64,000 nt of DNA. It comes from Thalia democratica. Its lineage: Eukaryota. Both the position numbers and the translations under genes were made by a program. The DNA lies in the NCBI GenBank assembly GCA_965202585.1, contig OZ241833.1, positions 34,782,001-34,846,000 on the forward strand. The letters run 5' to 3'. Shown here one piece after another: positions 12,556 to 25,432 of the stretch (position 1 is the stretch's first letter; each line of letters opens with the position of its first letter). The notes beneath the pieces are model-generated. The model did not search any database, had not been told where the DNA came from, and worked only from the letters and a program-made list of their open reading frames with translations.

Positions 12556-14111
12556 ATAAATCCTAAAGCATTATTTTTTTAGTCATTTATTTGTAGTTTT
12601 ATGATTTTTAGTTGTTTGTTTAGAATTAAGTTTAACTTTTGCACAAAAACTTGTTACCTAAAAAATTTCGTAGTTATGTCACGATGTTTTATGTTTTTTG
12701 TATAACTTTTGTATTAGTGTTAAGCACGGTGCAATTCAATTTGGGCTTTAAAAGCTAAGGTTTTATTGTTTGTATGAAACATATGTACTTTTTTTTGAGT
12801 TCAACTATTTGCAATAAACTATAAATAAATATAGATACATATAGATTTATAATCAACCAACAAGTTATACTTATAAGTGATAGAATGTTTTACAACGACT
12901 AATTTGCTAGTTAGATATCTAAATAAAAATAAATGCTTTTTATCTACATTTATTTGTACCTAATAATCTGCTCTAGCAGTAAAACATTGTTGCACTCCAA
13001 TAAACTTGGCTAAGCATTGTTGTTAGTGTTATATCTATTATTCCTTACTTAGTGTTAAGAAACTCAAAATTTGTCCAGTTAACACTTCAGTTTTAAACAG
13101 CTTGATTTGTAATTAAATATAAAGAAAAAAGTAAACTGCATTAAAATGCAAATTTTTCAAAAAAAACTCTAATAAGTTCAAGCTGAATACCGATAAGGTT
13201 ACACATTGTTTTGGTGAGTTTATGTGTTTTTGATTTTTGTTGGCTATTTTTGAATATATAATACTTAAAACTATGTTTTAAGTGAAAAATAGTGTTTAAT
13301 TTTTGGTAAATAGAATTCAACAGAAGTTATAAAAGATTTAGACATTTGATTCTTTGAAAGTTCAAAGGTTAATTAGTACCAATTTGATATAGTTTTTAAA
13401 AACTTGTAAGTATTTTTTTCAAACTTGTAACTGTTACTTAATTAATTAAAACTTGTACATGCTTAAAAAAAAGATTACATTGAGTTTATAAATTATTTAA
13501 CAAACAATACTTTTATTTAAAGTATTGTAATTTACTTAGGCTTTATTAAAAGGCTTGTATATTCTTTTTTTATAACATTATATATGTACGGTGTACATGT
13601 TGTGAATATTTAAGTAAAGGTTAAAATAACTTTAATATCAATTAACTGATAATTACGTTATTTAAAAGTAATGATTTGACACTACATCATTAACTAAATC
13701 TTATTAGTTTGGACTCATACTACCAAATCTCAAATTTAAAAGTTTCATTTAATATTGCGAATGATAAAAAACTCTACTTGTTCATCCGTAAAGTAACAGT
13801 GTAAAATGAAAGTTTTTTACAACTAAAGTTACAAATACGATGCTAGAAGACTTCAACCTATATCTACAGAATTCAAAACATTGAAGGGATGTTTTGTCAA
13901 TACTTCAAAAAAAAAAAATCTCATTGAAGGTCGCCGTTTCGGCACTTATTCGGTGCAAAATTTCCGAGTGCTAGTCTTTAAAAACAAACCGACAGATACT
14001 CTACCAGAAAAACAGAACAGTTTGATGCTGTTTCATGGCACAAAAAAACCGGAATTAAAAAAAAACGGTTACGAAAATTCTCGACGCGTTTTTTACGGAA
14101 GGCGGGTTTGC

Positions 14112-14467
14112 ATGACGGATTACAGGACCTTCGAGTACACTCGCGACGGCTCCGGCGGCAACCAGAAGTGCACTTTTGCAAACAACGTGTTGCAAACGGT
14201 CAATTTTGAGAGCGTTTTGGATGTAAGAAGCACTGACGAGGAGCTTCATCCGTTTCACAGGCACGTTAATAGGAGAAGTCGGCTGCCTGTTGAATTGGAC
14301 TATAGAGAAGGCGGGAAAAGATAAGAGATGTTGCGGTTGGTGAATGCAGCATGATTGATGAGTACATGGCAAAGGCGTGTTTGACGATTCCGAGATATTT
14401 GATGGCGTTTGAAGAGTACCAAAAAGACGAATTGATTGAAACTGACGATTATTTTAGTTGTGTTTGA
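14112..14467 (+). CDS. Small unidentified ORF (70 aa to TAA at 14324, or 91 aa if 14223-14305 is spliced out)
   Basis: This is a GC-rich island in AT-rich DNA, with an ATG at 14112, coding-like codon use and AATAAA near 14580. A second open frame at 14306-14467 (RRREKIRDVAVGECSMIDEYMAKACLTIPRYLMAFEEY...) follows. No family recognised. Confidence 0.4.
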
Positions 14468-16103
14468 TTTATGCATGTTATCGTGGCTTATAGAAAAATT
14501 TATATACATTTTAGTTTTGTTTTTTATTACTGCATAAATTGGTGACATTATAAAGTGATATGTTACTAAAAATTACTGTAATAAAGATGTCTACTATACA
14601 CTACCTTGTGCTTTTATTTGAAAAATTTTTAATGTCTTTTTTGAACTGGTTAAAAATTTAAAACAAAAATGTGTAAAAAGTTGTAATTGTTATCAATATA
14701 CACTTTAGTACAATAACTATATGTTTTGTTAGCTGAGTAGATGTAAAAGTTTAAGAACTCTACTTCAAAATTAAAAACCATAGTGCGAGAAGACTTTTCT
14801 TGATAATTGAAATTGAAAACTTAACAATTTTATACTAGTATTCATAAATATTTTATACTAGTAGTAAAAGAAAATAATTAACCTTTATACTTGCAAGATA
14901 AACTCAGTTATCCCTATTATTTTTATCTTACCACCTGTTAAAATTTTTTTACCTTTTTTTACTTAAAAACGAAATGTAGCTATAGAAAATCACTAAATAT
15001 AATTAAAAGCTAATTTTTTTTTGAAAATGTTTATAATTTTTATGTAAAATAACTTGAAATAATGCTAATTGCTGTCACTAAAACAGTTAGTAGTTTATTT
15101 AAAAATCACAGCTTATTTAAGCGTAAGTATTCTCATAGTAAACGTTAACTAAAAAAAGAAACAAGTCGTCAACTCAAAACTTTGATACATAATACTTGTT
15201 TTTCTAGTGTACATAAAATTTTTCTACTATAATGTCTCAAATATTTAATTTAATAAGTCCAATACAAGTTAAGATATAATTTAAAGTTAATAGTTTAGTA
15301 GTTCAAATGATTTTAGTATGACTAAAGGTTAAACTAGAGCATTCTTAATTAAGATTAACGTTCCTGTTTTTTGCGAAAAAAAAACAAAATTGTATACATT
15401 TATTGTATTCTTAAATGTATTTGAATATTTTTCCAACATAGTATATACGTATGATTATACTTAAAATTTATTTTATATGATAAACTTAGTAAAATACTTT
15501 AAAAAACATCAAGTTTTTACAAAATTATTTTTATAAATGTTTTTTTGTACAAAAATATTGTTAAATTTTTATAACAAAATGATTGTGCAGATTATTTCTA
15601 GTGTTATCAAAATATTATTATTTAGACATATCATCATTTCAAAATTAAATTAATTATTTAACATAAACCAAAGTTTATACTTAGATTTTGTAATAAAATA
15701 ACTAGTTTTATACAAGAAAAATTGCACGAGTATAATATTTATATATAAATCAATTGTTTGTCTAGTTTAGTACAGTCACAAGCTTTGCAAATAGAATTTA
15801 ACATGTTTACTTAATTTTCTAAAACATGATGTCAACTAGAGCACAACAACCAAAAGAACAATACAGATAGGTAAGTATTTTTAGATATAGTTTAAAAAAT
15901 ATAAAAAGTTTTCATGGCAATTGCAGTATCAAAAGAATTATGTTATAGTTGATTTAGAAAAATTTAATCATAGAAATAGACTAAGGAATGTTAACAAAAG
16001 AAGCATATTGATTATAGTTTACAGATAGAAGAAATGACAGTTTTAACTTGAATAGAAAATAATCTTCCTTAGAAAATAATTAGCAATGTAAATTTTTATA
16101 GGT

Positions 16104-18394
16104 TCAATTAGATTTCTTCTTCTTACGACGTTTTTTGTTATTGTTCCTTTTTGAAACACTTTTGTAAAATTCAAGCAAGTTTTTATGAGTTTCACAATGA
16201 GAACTGTTTTTGAACATCTCTTCGTATTTGTGATATATTTGTAGCAAGCAATATGCATCTGTAGCAGCATAAATAATTTGATTTTTATTCAGAGGTCTGT
16301 TCATCCAATCTGATATTTGGTAGGCTTTGTTCAAACTCTTTCCCAATACCTGTTACAAGTGTTTAATTACTGTACAAAACATAAAGTAGATTGTAATATA
16401 ATAACATATGTATTTTCTATATAAAGTTTTAAACACATCTTCTAGTAAAATTACTTACTTACAATCAATAACTAAACGGATAACATAAATAAAATATAGC
16501 CAAAGTAAAGTATTAAGATTACTAAAAATAGAGTAAAAAGAGTAACATCACTTAATTCAGCTTAAATTGTATTAGAAAAATATTTAATTTGTTACGTTTT
16601 TAGCGCAAGTATGTTTTTATTTTATAAACAAAAAAAAAACAACCAGAAAAAGCAGAAGCTTACCCGATAACACAATTTGCTCAGCCCTCTCAGTTGTTTT
16701 TCAGTGTTTGGACAATATTCAAAGTCTGTTCCACGATTAGAAAACATTTTCGAGCTTCTGCTTTTCAGAAAGTCCATCATGCGTGTATCTACAGTCCAAA
16801 GTGCATCTGTGAAATATCTTTTTAGAACTTTTTTGTCCTCGCTTACACCGAACCCTAGGATAACAAAAGCTCCTGATCGAAATATATACTCTACAAACTC
16901 CGTAAGAAGTTGAATGCTGGTTTGCTGAAAGTACACAAAGTCAATGAGATAAACGCGATCACTTACTGCAAACTGAATGAGAGCTAAATCTACTAGTCTA
17001 ACGTTAGTTGTTGAAGTAATCCACTCAGAATCAAACCCTATCGGCAATAAACTACCGTCTGATGGCTCGTTATCCTCAAAGTAGTCGAAACAATCGTTGA
17101 GCTTTTCTTCGGAGTCAACCAAACACACGTTTTCAAATGGGATTGCAAGCTTCAGTTCGTGATCACCTATTGGTATTTCTTCTTCATCTCCCCATACTGG
17201 CGTTCTCCAGTTTCCAGGTTGCATACTTTGGCGGAGAAGATCTGCTTTGTTTTTGTCTTCGTATTTATTTTCAACTATGTAGGCAACTTTTTCAACCAAA
17301 CCAGGGTCGTTTTCAACATACCTGAAGATTAAACTTTCTAAGGAGCTGCCAGAAATTTGTTTGTTTTCCCACTGTTTAAGTAGATATTTGATGTGTAGTA
17401 TAGTTTTCCAAAATTGTGCTTTTTTATTAACTTTTGCGGCTTTTTCAATTTTATCTACGCTTACAGCTTCAGAACTTTGAATTTTTGTTTCAGAAGTTTG
17501 AATTTCTGCTTCAGAGTTTTGGGGCTTTTTGTTAGACTTTTGGTTTTTTTCTTCATATTTTTGAATGTTTGGTTCTGAATCTTGACTTTTAACTTCAGTG
17601 CTTTGAACCTTAGCTTTAGTACTTTGAGTTTTTATTTCTGAATTTTGAATTTTTGTTTCAGAATTTTCAGATTTTACTTCATTGTTTTGAGGTTTTGGTT
17701 CAGAACTTTGAACCTTTACTTCAGAATACGCAGTTGGATATCTTTTCTTTGCTGTTTCTAAAAACGATAAAAGCTTTTCAACAAGTTCTTGTTCTTCAGT
17801 TGTGCTTGTGTTGGAGTTAAGTTCACAAATAAGTCTGCCAACAAATCTCAATACTCTGATTTGAGTTTCCTTTGAACTATTTGTATAATTAAACACACAA
17901 TTAAAATGACGTCCTTTTGCAAGCATTGGGATAAAAACCTTTTCAGTTATTTCATCATCATGAAGATTGAAAAGTGTGTGATAAGCCAGGAAGTTTCTTA
18001 CTTTTCTGTTGTCTAAATGTTTTTTAGCCATTCTTTCTATAAACAACTTATCTAGTTGATCAAGTCTAAATGATTCATGTAAAAGTTTTCCATGTCTCTT
18101 GTTAAACCTGATAATCAATTCAGCCACCTGCTTTTTAACTTTTTCGCTAGCAGAGTTTTTTTCAGTATTGTAAGGTTTAAGATTTGCTGTAACAATCTTA
18201 CATATTGACAATTTATAAGAACATTTTTGTTTTGATTTTTTAAGAATGTCAAGTGCAGTTGTAAATGGACACTCTGACTGTTGAAGCAAATCTTTTACAC
18301 GACTATTAACTATTTCTGTGAAATTTTCTTGTATCAACTGTTCTAGCTTTTTTACTTCCAAATTGTCCGGATAAATTATCTTTCGTTTACTCAT
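16104..18394 (-). CDS. EXD3: Nibbler/MUT-7/EXD3-like DEDDy 3'-5' exoribonuclease, copy A (658 aa, catalytic residues intact)
   Basis: Exons 18394-16664 and 16349-16104, with a phase-0 GTAAGC...CAG intron. ExoI is IGFDSEW, followed by LALIQFAVSDRVYLIDF; ExoII is GFGVSEDKKVL; GLSKLCYRVLGKSLNKAYQISDWMNRPL precedes ExoIII YAATDAY. It has a long helical N-terminal domain and no Mut7-C domain. Confidence 0.88.
17465..17716 (-). repeat. In-frame 21-bp tandem repeat (12 heptads, consensus about K-x-Q-x-S-E-x) inside EXD3 copy A
   Basis: KVQSSEP KPQNNEV KSENSET KIQNSEI KTQSTKA KVQSTEV KSQDSEP NIQKYEE KNQKSNK KPQNSEA EIQTSET KIQSSEA. Confidence 0.9.
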
Positions 18395-21300
18395 TTAAAT
18401 TTGTTGTGCCAAAAATTCTGTATAAGATTATTGATCTTTGTATATAGTACTTTAAATGAAAGTTATTATAGTACAAAAAATAGTAGATGAACATACTTTT
18501 ATTGTTTATCGGATTATTTTCCGAAACTTAAGTTTTTACTGTTGAGAATTCTTCCTAATAAAATATTGTTTTAAAGCTAAACGCATGCATTATTAAAACA
18601 TAAGTTAAATAAATAAGTTTTACAGAGGTCAGCATTCTTATATAAATACAAGCAAATTTTCTTAGAAAAATTTTATCCCGTCTCCCACTTTATAAAAAAA
18701 GTTTTCTTTTATTAAAAAATAATTGAATTAAAAAAAAAAAGCTTTAAACTAAAATAAAAATAGAATAAACCACTATTTGTGACTTATTAAAAATCAAAGA
18801 ACTAATTGTAAGTTTTGTCAAAAAACTTCTCTTTATTGCTTTTAAAAGCTATGTTCATCGCTAAAAAGCTTATCTCGGACCGTAGCTTTCCGACCGCTGC
18901 ATAAGTTCTACTTTCATAAAATTACATTAGCGTTACAGTGCAACAACACCTACTTTTTCTCATTTGTTTAGCTATTCAGTATACTTTATCGAAATTTGTA
19001 GTATCATAATAGTAAAATAAGTCTATAGCTAACTAAAACAAATTTGAGCAAGTTATAAAAACTACATTATGAAAATGGTTTTCACTAAAAGAAGTTTCAA
19101 ACAAATAAAAACAAGTTACTAAGAGTACAAATACTTTATTACAACTCATTAAAGTTTCGTTTAAAATAAGCTTATAGTGAAAATGTTCAACTAAAAAATG
19201 CTTTTTCTTTATCAAAAAGCTCAACTTACATAAACATATAACTCAGTCTTAGCAAAAAATTGTTATAGTAAAACGAAGTTTTACCTTTTTATCATCTGCT
19301 TTGTACACTAAACTGTAGTTTTGTTAATGACATCAAGTTTTCAACATAGCGTTTGGTTAATAATTAACTAGGTTTTATCTTTTAATCACATTTCAAAAAT
19401 ACGTTTTTTTACAATCATTTATTTATCTTCTAAGCAAACACATAACTAGTAATATTTGTTTTAAAAGACTGTAACTTTTGTAGTTTTGTTTTAGTTTTCT
19501 GAGCTTGTATAGATTTATATAGGACACTTAATTGAAAACAACTTTCAAGTTAAACTCAAAAATTTATTTTTTCCCCCAATATAATGTAACTTTTTTCAAC
19601 ATGAAACAATAATTCGTTTTCAAAGCTAATTTCTAAATTAAACAAAACTACTTTATTTGACTTGACACTATAACAAACCTTTCAGCGGAAGACAACTAGT
19701 TTTCAAAATTTTAGTTTTGAATTAATATATATCTAGTAAAGCTATTCAAACTTTTTACCGTTTGAATTATTTGAAAAACTTTTTTCGTTTCGCTTTTAAG
19801 TGTTATTTGCACTTATTTGTATATGTTCTTAGTTTATTTTCAGTATTTATCTTATTGAAACAATTTAGGTTTTTTATAAATTAAATATATTTTATTTTTG
19901 CTTAAATATAAACCCATATAGCTATCCCATATAAATATAGCTATTAAATGAAATACATAAACTTGCATTTTTTTTTATAAGGTTAAACGCTAAAATACAA
20001 TTGTACAATAAATTTTGCTAATCTTAAAAAAAAAGTATTTATCGTGTTATATGTTAGATATAATAAAGTTTTTGATTTAAAATGAAAATAAAGTTTTTGC
20101 AATAAACTTAAGTTTCGCTTAATTTTTTTTACTTAAATTTTTCCTGCTTTTATTTTTTTATTAATGTTTCCACATGATATGCTTTTATCAATACTTATTT
20201 ACTTTCTACGCATAAAATATTTTAGAGCAACTTACAGCAACACTTAAAATATTTATTTTATCAAAGTTCACTCAAAATTAGATGTTGGCTAACAGTATTT
20301 AATTATCATTGATATACATGGTTTAGCTTTATTTATTTTATTATAAATTAATTGCTAAATATATGTAAAAACAGTATTAGTATTTATTGTATATGTCTCT
20401 ATAGTTTTAATCCTGCAAAGTTATACTAAGAAAGTTTTGAGAACTATAATTGAAAACCCCTAAGCTATCAGGAAATATCAAACATTGCATATATATAGCT
20501 GAAATATGCCACAAAAAGGATAAATTCAATTAATAATCTGTAATCCTAAAATATATATTATTTACAGTAAGTTTGTGGCAGGTAATTTAAGTTGTTGCTT
20601 TTTGTTAAGTAAAAATAGTAAGTTAAAAGTTTAGTAATTCATTAAGTTTATAAAATTATATTCTAAAACGTTACTATTCAATAAATTCAATTGTTGTTGT
20701 GCAGTTTAGCTTAGCTAAAGTATGTAACAAACACTTTTATAAGTTTTTCTATTATTAAATTTCACAACAGATAGAAATTCAAAACATAAATTAGTTTTCC
20801 TCTATAGAAAATTCCCGTACTTACATTATAGTATTTACTAACAATATAGTGTGTAGTATGTTATACTTATAAAAATAACACACAAAGGTTTAAAATAAAA
20901 AGTAAAAACATGTGTGTTTTCTGTTATACATGTATAAAACTTATAAAAATATCATATATGTAAGTGTTTTATAATTCTATAAAAACAGAAAAGTCATTAA
21001 AGTCATTAAAGTTAGTTATTACCGTTAAAGTATAAAGTCATTAAAGTTTAATTACGCAATGATTGTCCAAAGCACGTTAATATAATCTAATTCTATTTTA
21101 TACTTGTTTACTGCAAGTTTTTGCAAAGTTATGCTCGTTTAATACACTATATAAATATTATGTCTTATAGAAAGATTACAAAAACTTTATAGTTCTTGTT
21201 TAGAGTTTAAAAAATATATATTTAAACTTAAAGTTACAATAAGTATGTTTTACGTTTTTTTAGTTTCATAACTACCATATTAAAGTTGTAAAATAAAGTT

Positions 21301-22091
21301 TAAAACAGATAAGACATTAATATACTGATTCAAACTTTTTGTTTTAGTGATACACATTATTTGTGAAGTTTGTTATGTATTCTTTATGTTTAACTATAAA
21401 AAACGTTTGTTTCTTACTTTAACTTCGATCTACAAAAGAATGTTTTCAAACTCTATGCATAACTGACTAAAAGTTAGAAAAAAAGTATTTTTTAGTGATA
21501 AGTTTAGCCCATAAATATAAAAGCAAATACGAAAGTTTAGACTATTGATTATGTAAAATTTTGATAATGGTATAAAATAAGTTTTAAGCTTAGAATAATA
21601 CTTGAGTGCAAATAGATTCTACGATATGGTAGTTTTCTTTTTTAGACTGTAATATCTATCAAAGTAAATACGTATAATGAATTAAGAACCTTAATTTTTG
21701 TATCCTATTTTTTATTTTAGCTATAATTCTTTATATTAATGTTGTTATAGTTATAAGCAAATGAATAAATTGAAAATTAAATAAACAAGTTTCTCAGTAT
21801 TTAAAAATTATTTATTTGATTTTCAACTACGAGATACAGGCTATAATGCAAAAAGAAATGCAATAATATAAAACTGAAAAGCTTTTTAAAGCATTCAAGT
21901 TCTTTTTTAATTAAATATTTTTGGCTTCTAAAACTAAGTTATAACTTAAACACAAGTAAAACAGAAGTTTAGTAACAAATAAAATAACAAGCCAAATATC
22001 ATACTTACTGATTTTATATAAATAAAATACTTTGTTTTTACAAAACAAATTAAAAATAAGAAATTGAAAACTATTTAAAAATTAAAGATGC

Positions 22092-24168
22092 CTAAATAGC
22101 ATCTGTATTATTTATTTCTTTTATACGTTTAGTGTATTTTTCAAGAACATGTTCGTAGTATTCAAACAAACTTTCGTGAACTAAACAACAAGAATTTTTT
22201 TCAAAAAGTTCCTGGTATTTACGATATATTTGAACCAAGCAATTCACATTTATGGCAGCATAAGCAATTTGATTTGCATCCAGAGGTTTTTCCGTCCAAT
22301 CTGAAATTTGGTGCGTTTTTGGCAGACTCTTTCCCAGAACCTGTTACAGATGTTTCAAATATATGTATAAAATGTAAAGCACATAAGTTTATTTTAAAAT
22401 CTTTATTAGATACGAAAAAAAAAGTATCTCTTTAATAAATAAACGGTGCACATATTGACTTAAATTTAACTATTACTGTAAAGGCAAACTAAAATAAAAA
22501 TAAACAAAAGTAAACATTTAAAAATCTGAAAAAAAATTGAATAAAAATTAACAAAAATTGCTACAGCTTTAACTGTACGTATAACTAATATTTTTTCTTC
22601 TTAAACCGACTTCTTAAACCATTTATCCTTTTAGCGCAAAAACTTCTTTACTTTAAAACATAAGGCACCAAAAGAAAACATAAACTTACCCGATAACATA
22701 ATTTGCTCAGCCCAGTCAATTTTGCTTCAACTTGTTTAAAAAATATAAAATCTTTAGAAACTTTTGAAAAAAATATCAAGTGTTCGCATTTAAAAAAGTC
22801 TAATAAGCGTGTTGTTTTAGTCCAAAGTTCATTTTTAAAGTACTTTCCTATAACACTTTTATCATTTTCTAACTCAAATCCAAGAATGATATAAAAGTCT
22901 GATTGAAATATGTGTTTTACGAAGTCGGTTAGGAGTTGCATGTTGTTTTGCTGAAAGTACAAGAAATCAATTAGATAAACGCGATTATTCACAGCAAACT
23001 GAAAAAGAGCACGATCTTCTTTTATTGGGTTAGATGTTGATGAGGTCCTTTCTGAGCTAAATCCTATCGGCAACAGTTTGCCTTCTGGTAGCTTCTTAAA
23101 GTATCCAAAACAATCAAGCAGCTTTTTTTCTGAGTCTATGTAAAACAAATTTTCAATTGAAATGGCAAGTTTAAGTTCGTGATCTCTTACTGGGATTTCA
23201 TCATCATCACTCCAAATAGGTGTTCTTTTACACCCAGGTTGCAAACGTTGACGAAGAAGATCTGCTCTTTCCTTGTCTTCAAACTTATCTTCGACTAAAT
23301 TCGCAACTTTTTCTAGCAATGTAGTGTCATCGCCAATAAAGCTGAAAATTAAACTTTCTAAGGAGCTACCAGATATTTCTTTACATAACCATTGTTTTAG
23401 ATATTTTACAGGCAGTTTCAAACGTTTCGTTTCAAAGTTCTGATCTTTTTCTTCGTAGTTTTGGAGCACCGCCGCAGAACTTTGCAGTTTTGCATCAGAA
23501 AATGAACCTGGAAACCATTTTTTTGCTATTTTTAGAAACATAAAAAGTTTTCTGACAAACTTATCTTCATTAACTAAGTCAATGTTGGAGTTAAGGGCAC
23601 CAATAAGCCTGTCAGCAGCTTGTATTACTCTAGCTTGAGCCTCCCTACATCTATCTGCGTATTTCAACACAACATCTAGATTGTCTCCTTTTTCAATCAT
23701 AGGAATAAACACTTTTTCAGTAAGTTCAGTATCGTGAAGCTTGAAAAGTATATGATATGCTAGAAAATTTTTAAATTCCTTGTTGTCCAAGTGTTCTTGG
23801 GCCAAAGTTTTTATAAACACAAAATCTAGTTGATCAAGTCTAAATGCTCTTACTATTTTGGATCTAACTCTTTTGTGAAACTCACAAACTAAGGCAGCTG
23901 CGCTTCTTTTAATATTTTCGCTTACCACCATGTTTTCAGCACTGTATCGTTTAAGATTTTTACAAACAATGTTGCATATAGTCAAGCTGAAATAGTCTTT
24001 GTAAACTGATTTTTGAAGAATGTCTAGAGCAGTCGTAAATGGGCAGTCCGACTGCTGCAGCAAGTCTTTTACACGACTACTAACTATTTTTGTGTATCTC
24101 TGTCTCACTAACTGTCCTAGTTTTTTTACTTCCAAATCATTTGGATAAATAACTTTTCTTGTACTCAT
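22092..24168 (-). CDS. EXD3: Nibbler/MUT-7/EXD3-like paralogue, copy B (575 aa), predicted catalytically inactive
   Basis: Exons 24168-22690 and 22340-22092, with the same intron position as copy A and an uninterrupted ORF. ExoI is IGFSSER (D to S) and ExoIII is YAAINVN (D to N); the ExoII Asp is retained (GFELEND). Confidence 0.85.
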
Positions 24169-25432
24169 TTTAATTTACCATGCTTAGAAACCTGTTTATA
24201 ATTATAGTTGTTTGTAAACAATACTTATTGATAATTACACATGTTATATAGTATATAAGTATAAAATAAATATATAATATATACTACATATCTTTTTAAA
24301 CTTATAAAAAAGTAAAACATTTAACAAAATTAAGTATATTAAAAAGTTTGTATTTAAAAAAAAGGTAATACATTATCTTAAAATTAGTAACTTTAAATAA
24401 ACTGTCCTGGACGAGACATAAAAAAGGTACCTTAAGACAAAGTATTTTGAGCATTCTTTTTTTGTCGTTCAATAAATATAATAATAACTGCTTAAGCTTA
24501 AAATATGTTAGTCAACAAAGTACTTGTTTTCAGCAAAATATGTACACCAAATCATACAAACTTTAACAAAGAATGAATGCACACTATGACTAGCAAAAAT
24601 ATTTTTGTCTACACTTTCGACATTATCTAAAATTTCTATTTATCTTTACAGTGGATTTATTTCGAATTTCTTACAACTTTAATTGTAAACATTTTCAAGC
24701 AAACAAAGCTTAAAACAAATAAAAAATGAAATATTCATTTAGCAAAGTTATTTAAACTACACAAATACCTACATAATTCTGTTTAAAAAACAACAAATTT
24801 TAGTTTTTTTATAGATAAACAATAGCTTGAAAAACGAGTTGACTTTCGACTTAATTTTATTTTAGACTTTAATAATGTTCAAAGCTGCAATTGATAAATT
24901 GTGACTAGCGTGATTTTTTATTTTTTTATTCAAAAAAACTAACTCATGTTGAATAACTAAAACTAAATTTACAAACAATATTATATATAAAAAAAGCAAC
25001 TAGTTATAAAATGTTAATTTTCCTATTTAGGCTGAATAATGTGTTTGAAATGAAGTTTAAAGCTTTCGGTTAATGATTAAATAAGTTTTATTTAAATAAA
25101 TAAACAAAACAGCACACTTCTCCGCATTCTATGTGTTTATCTCCTATGATTATAAAAACAACTAGTATTTGTTTTACAAAGCTGCAACTTTTAAAGTGTA
25201 AATTTTTTGTTAGTTTGTAAGCTTTTAAAAAATTATACAACTTAAAGCAAAAGTTTGTTATGTTACTGTATGCAATGTAGTTTATGTACCAGAAAAACAA
25301 TAATTTTATTTAATTTTGTTGTCCGAAACAAGCAGAGCAGTTTTTAGAATTATAAGACTTTAAATTAATCTTTAAGCCTAAAACCAAGAGTTTTAACTTT
25401 TTTATTTATGTCAAGCAAATTTTTATCTAAAT

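Noticed and set aside
13881-14111. Upstream extension of the 147-aa ORF from a TTG start
   Set aside because: The region is low-complexity and AT/homopolymer-rich and looks like promoter or UTR. Coding-like composition begins at ATG 14112.
15826-15876. ATG...TAG|GTAAGT mini-exon on the + strand
   Set aside because: It has only 14 codons, no matching acceptor or partner exon, and no support beyond the donor motif.
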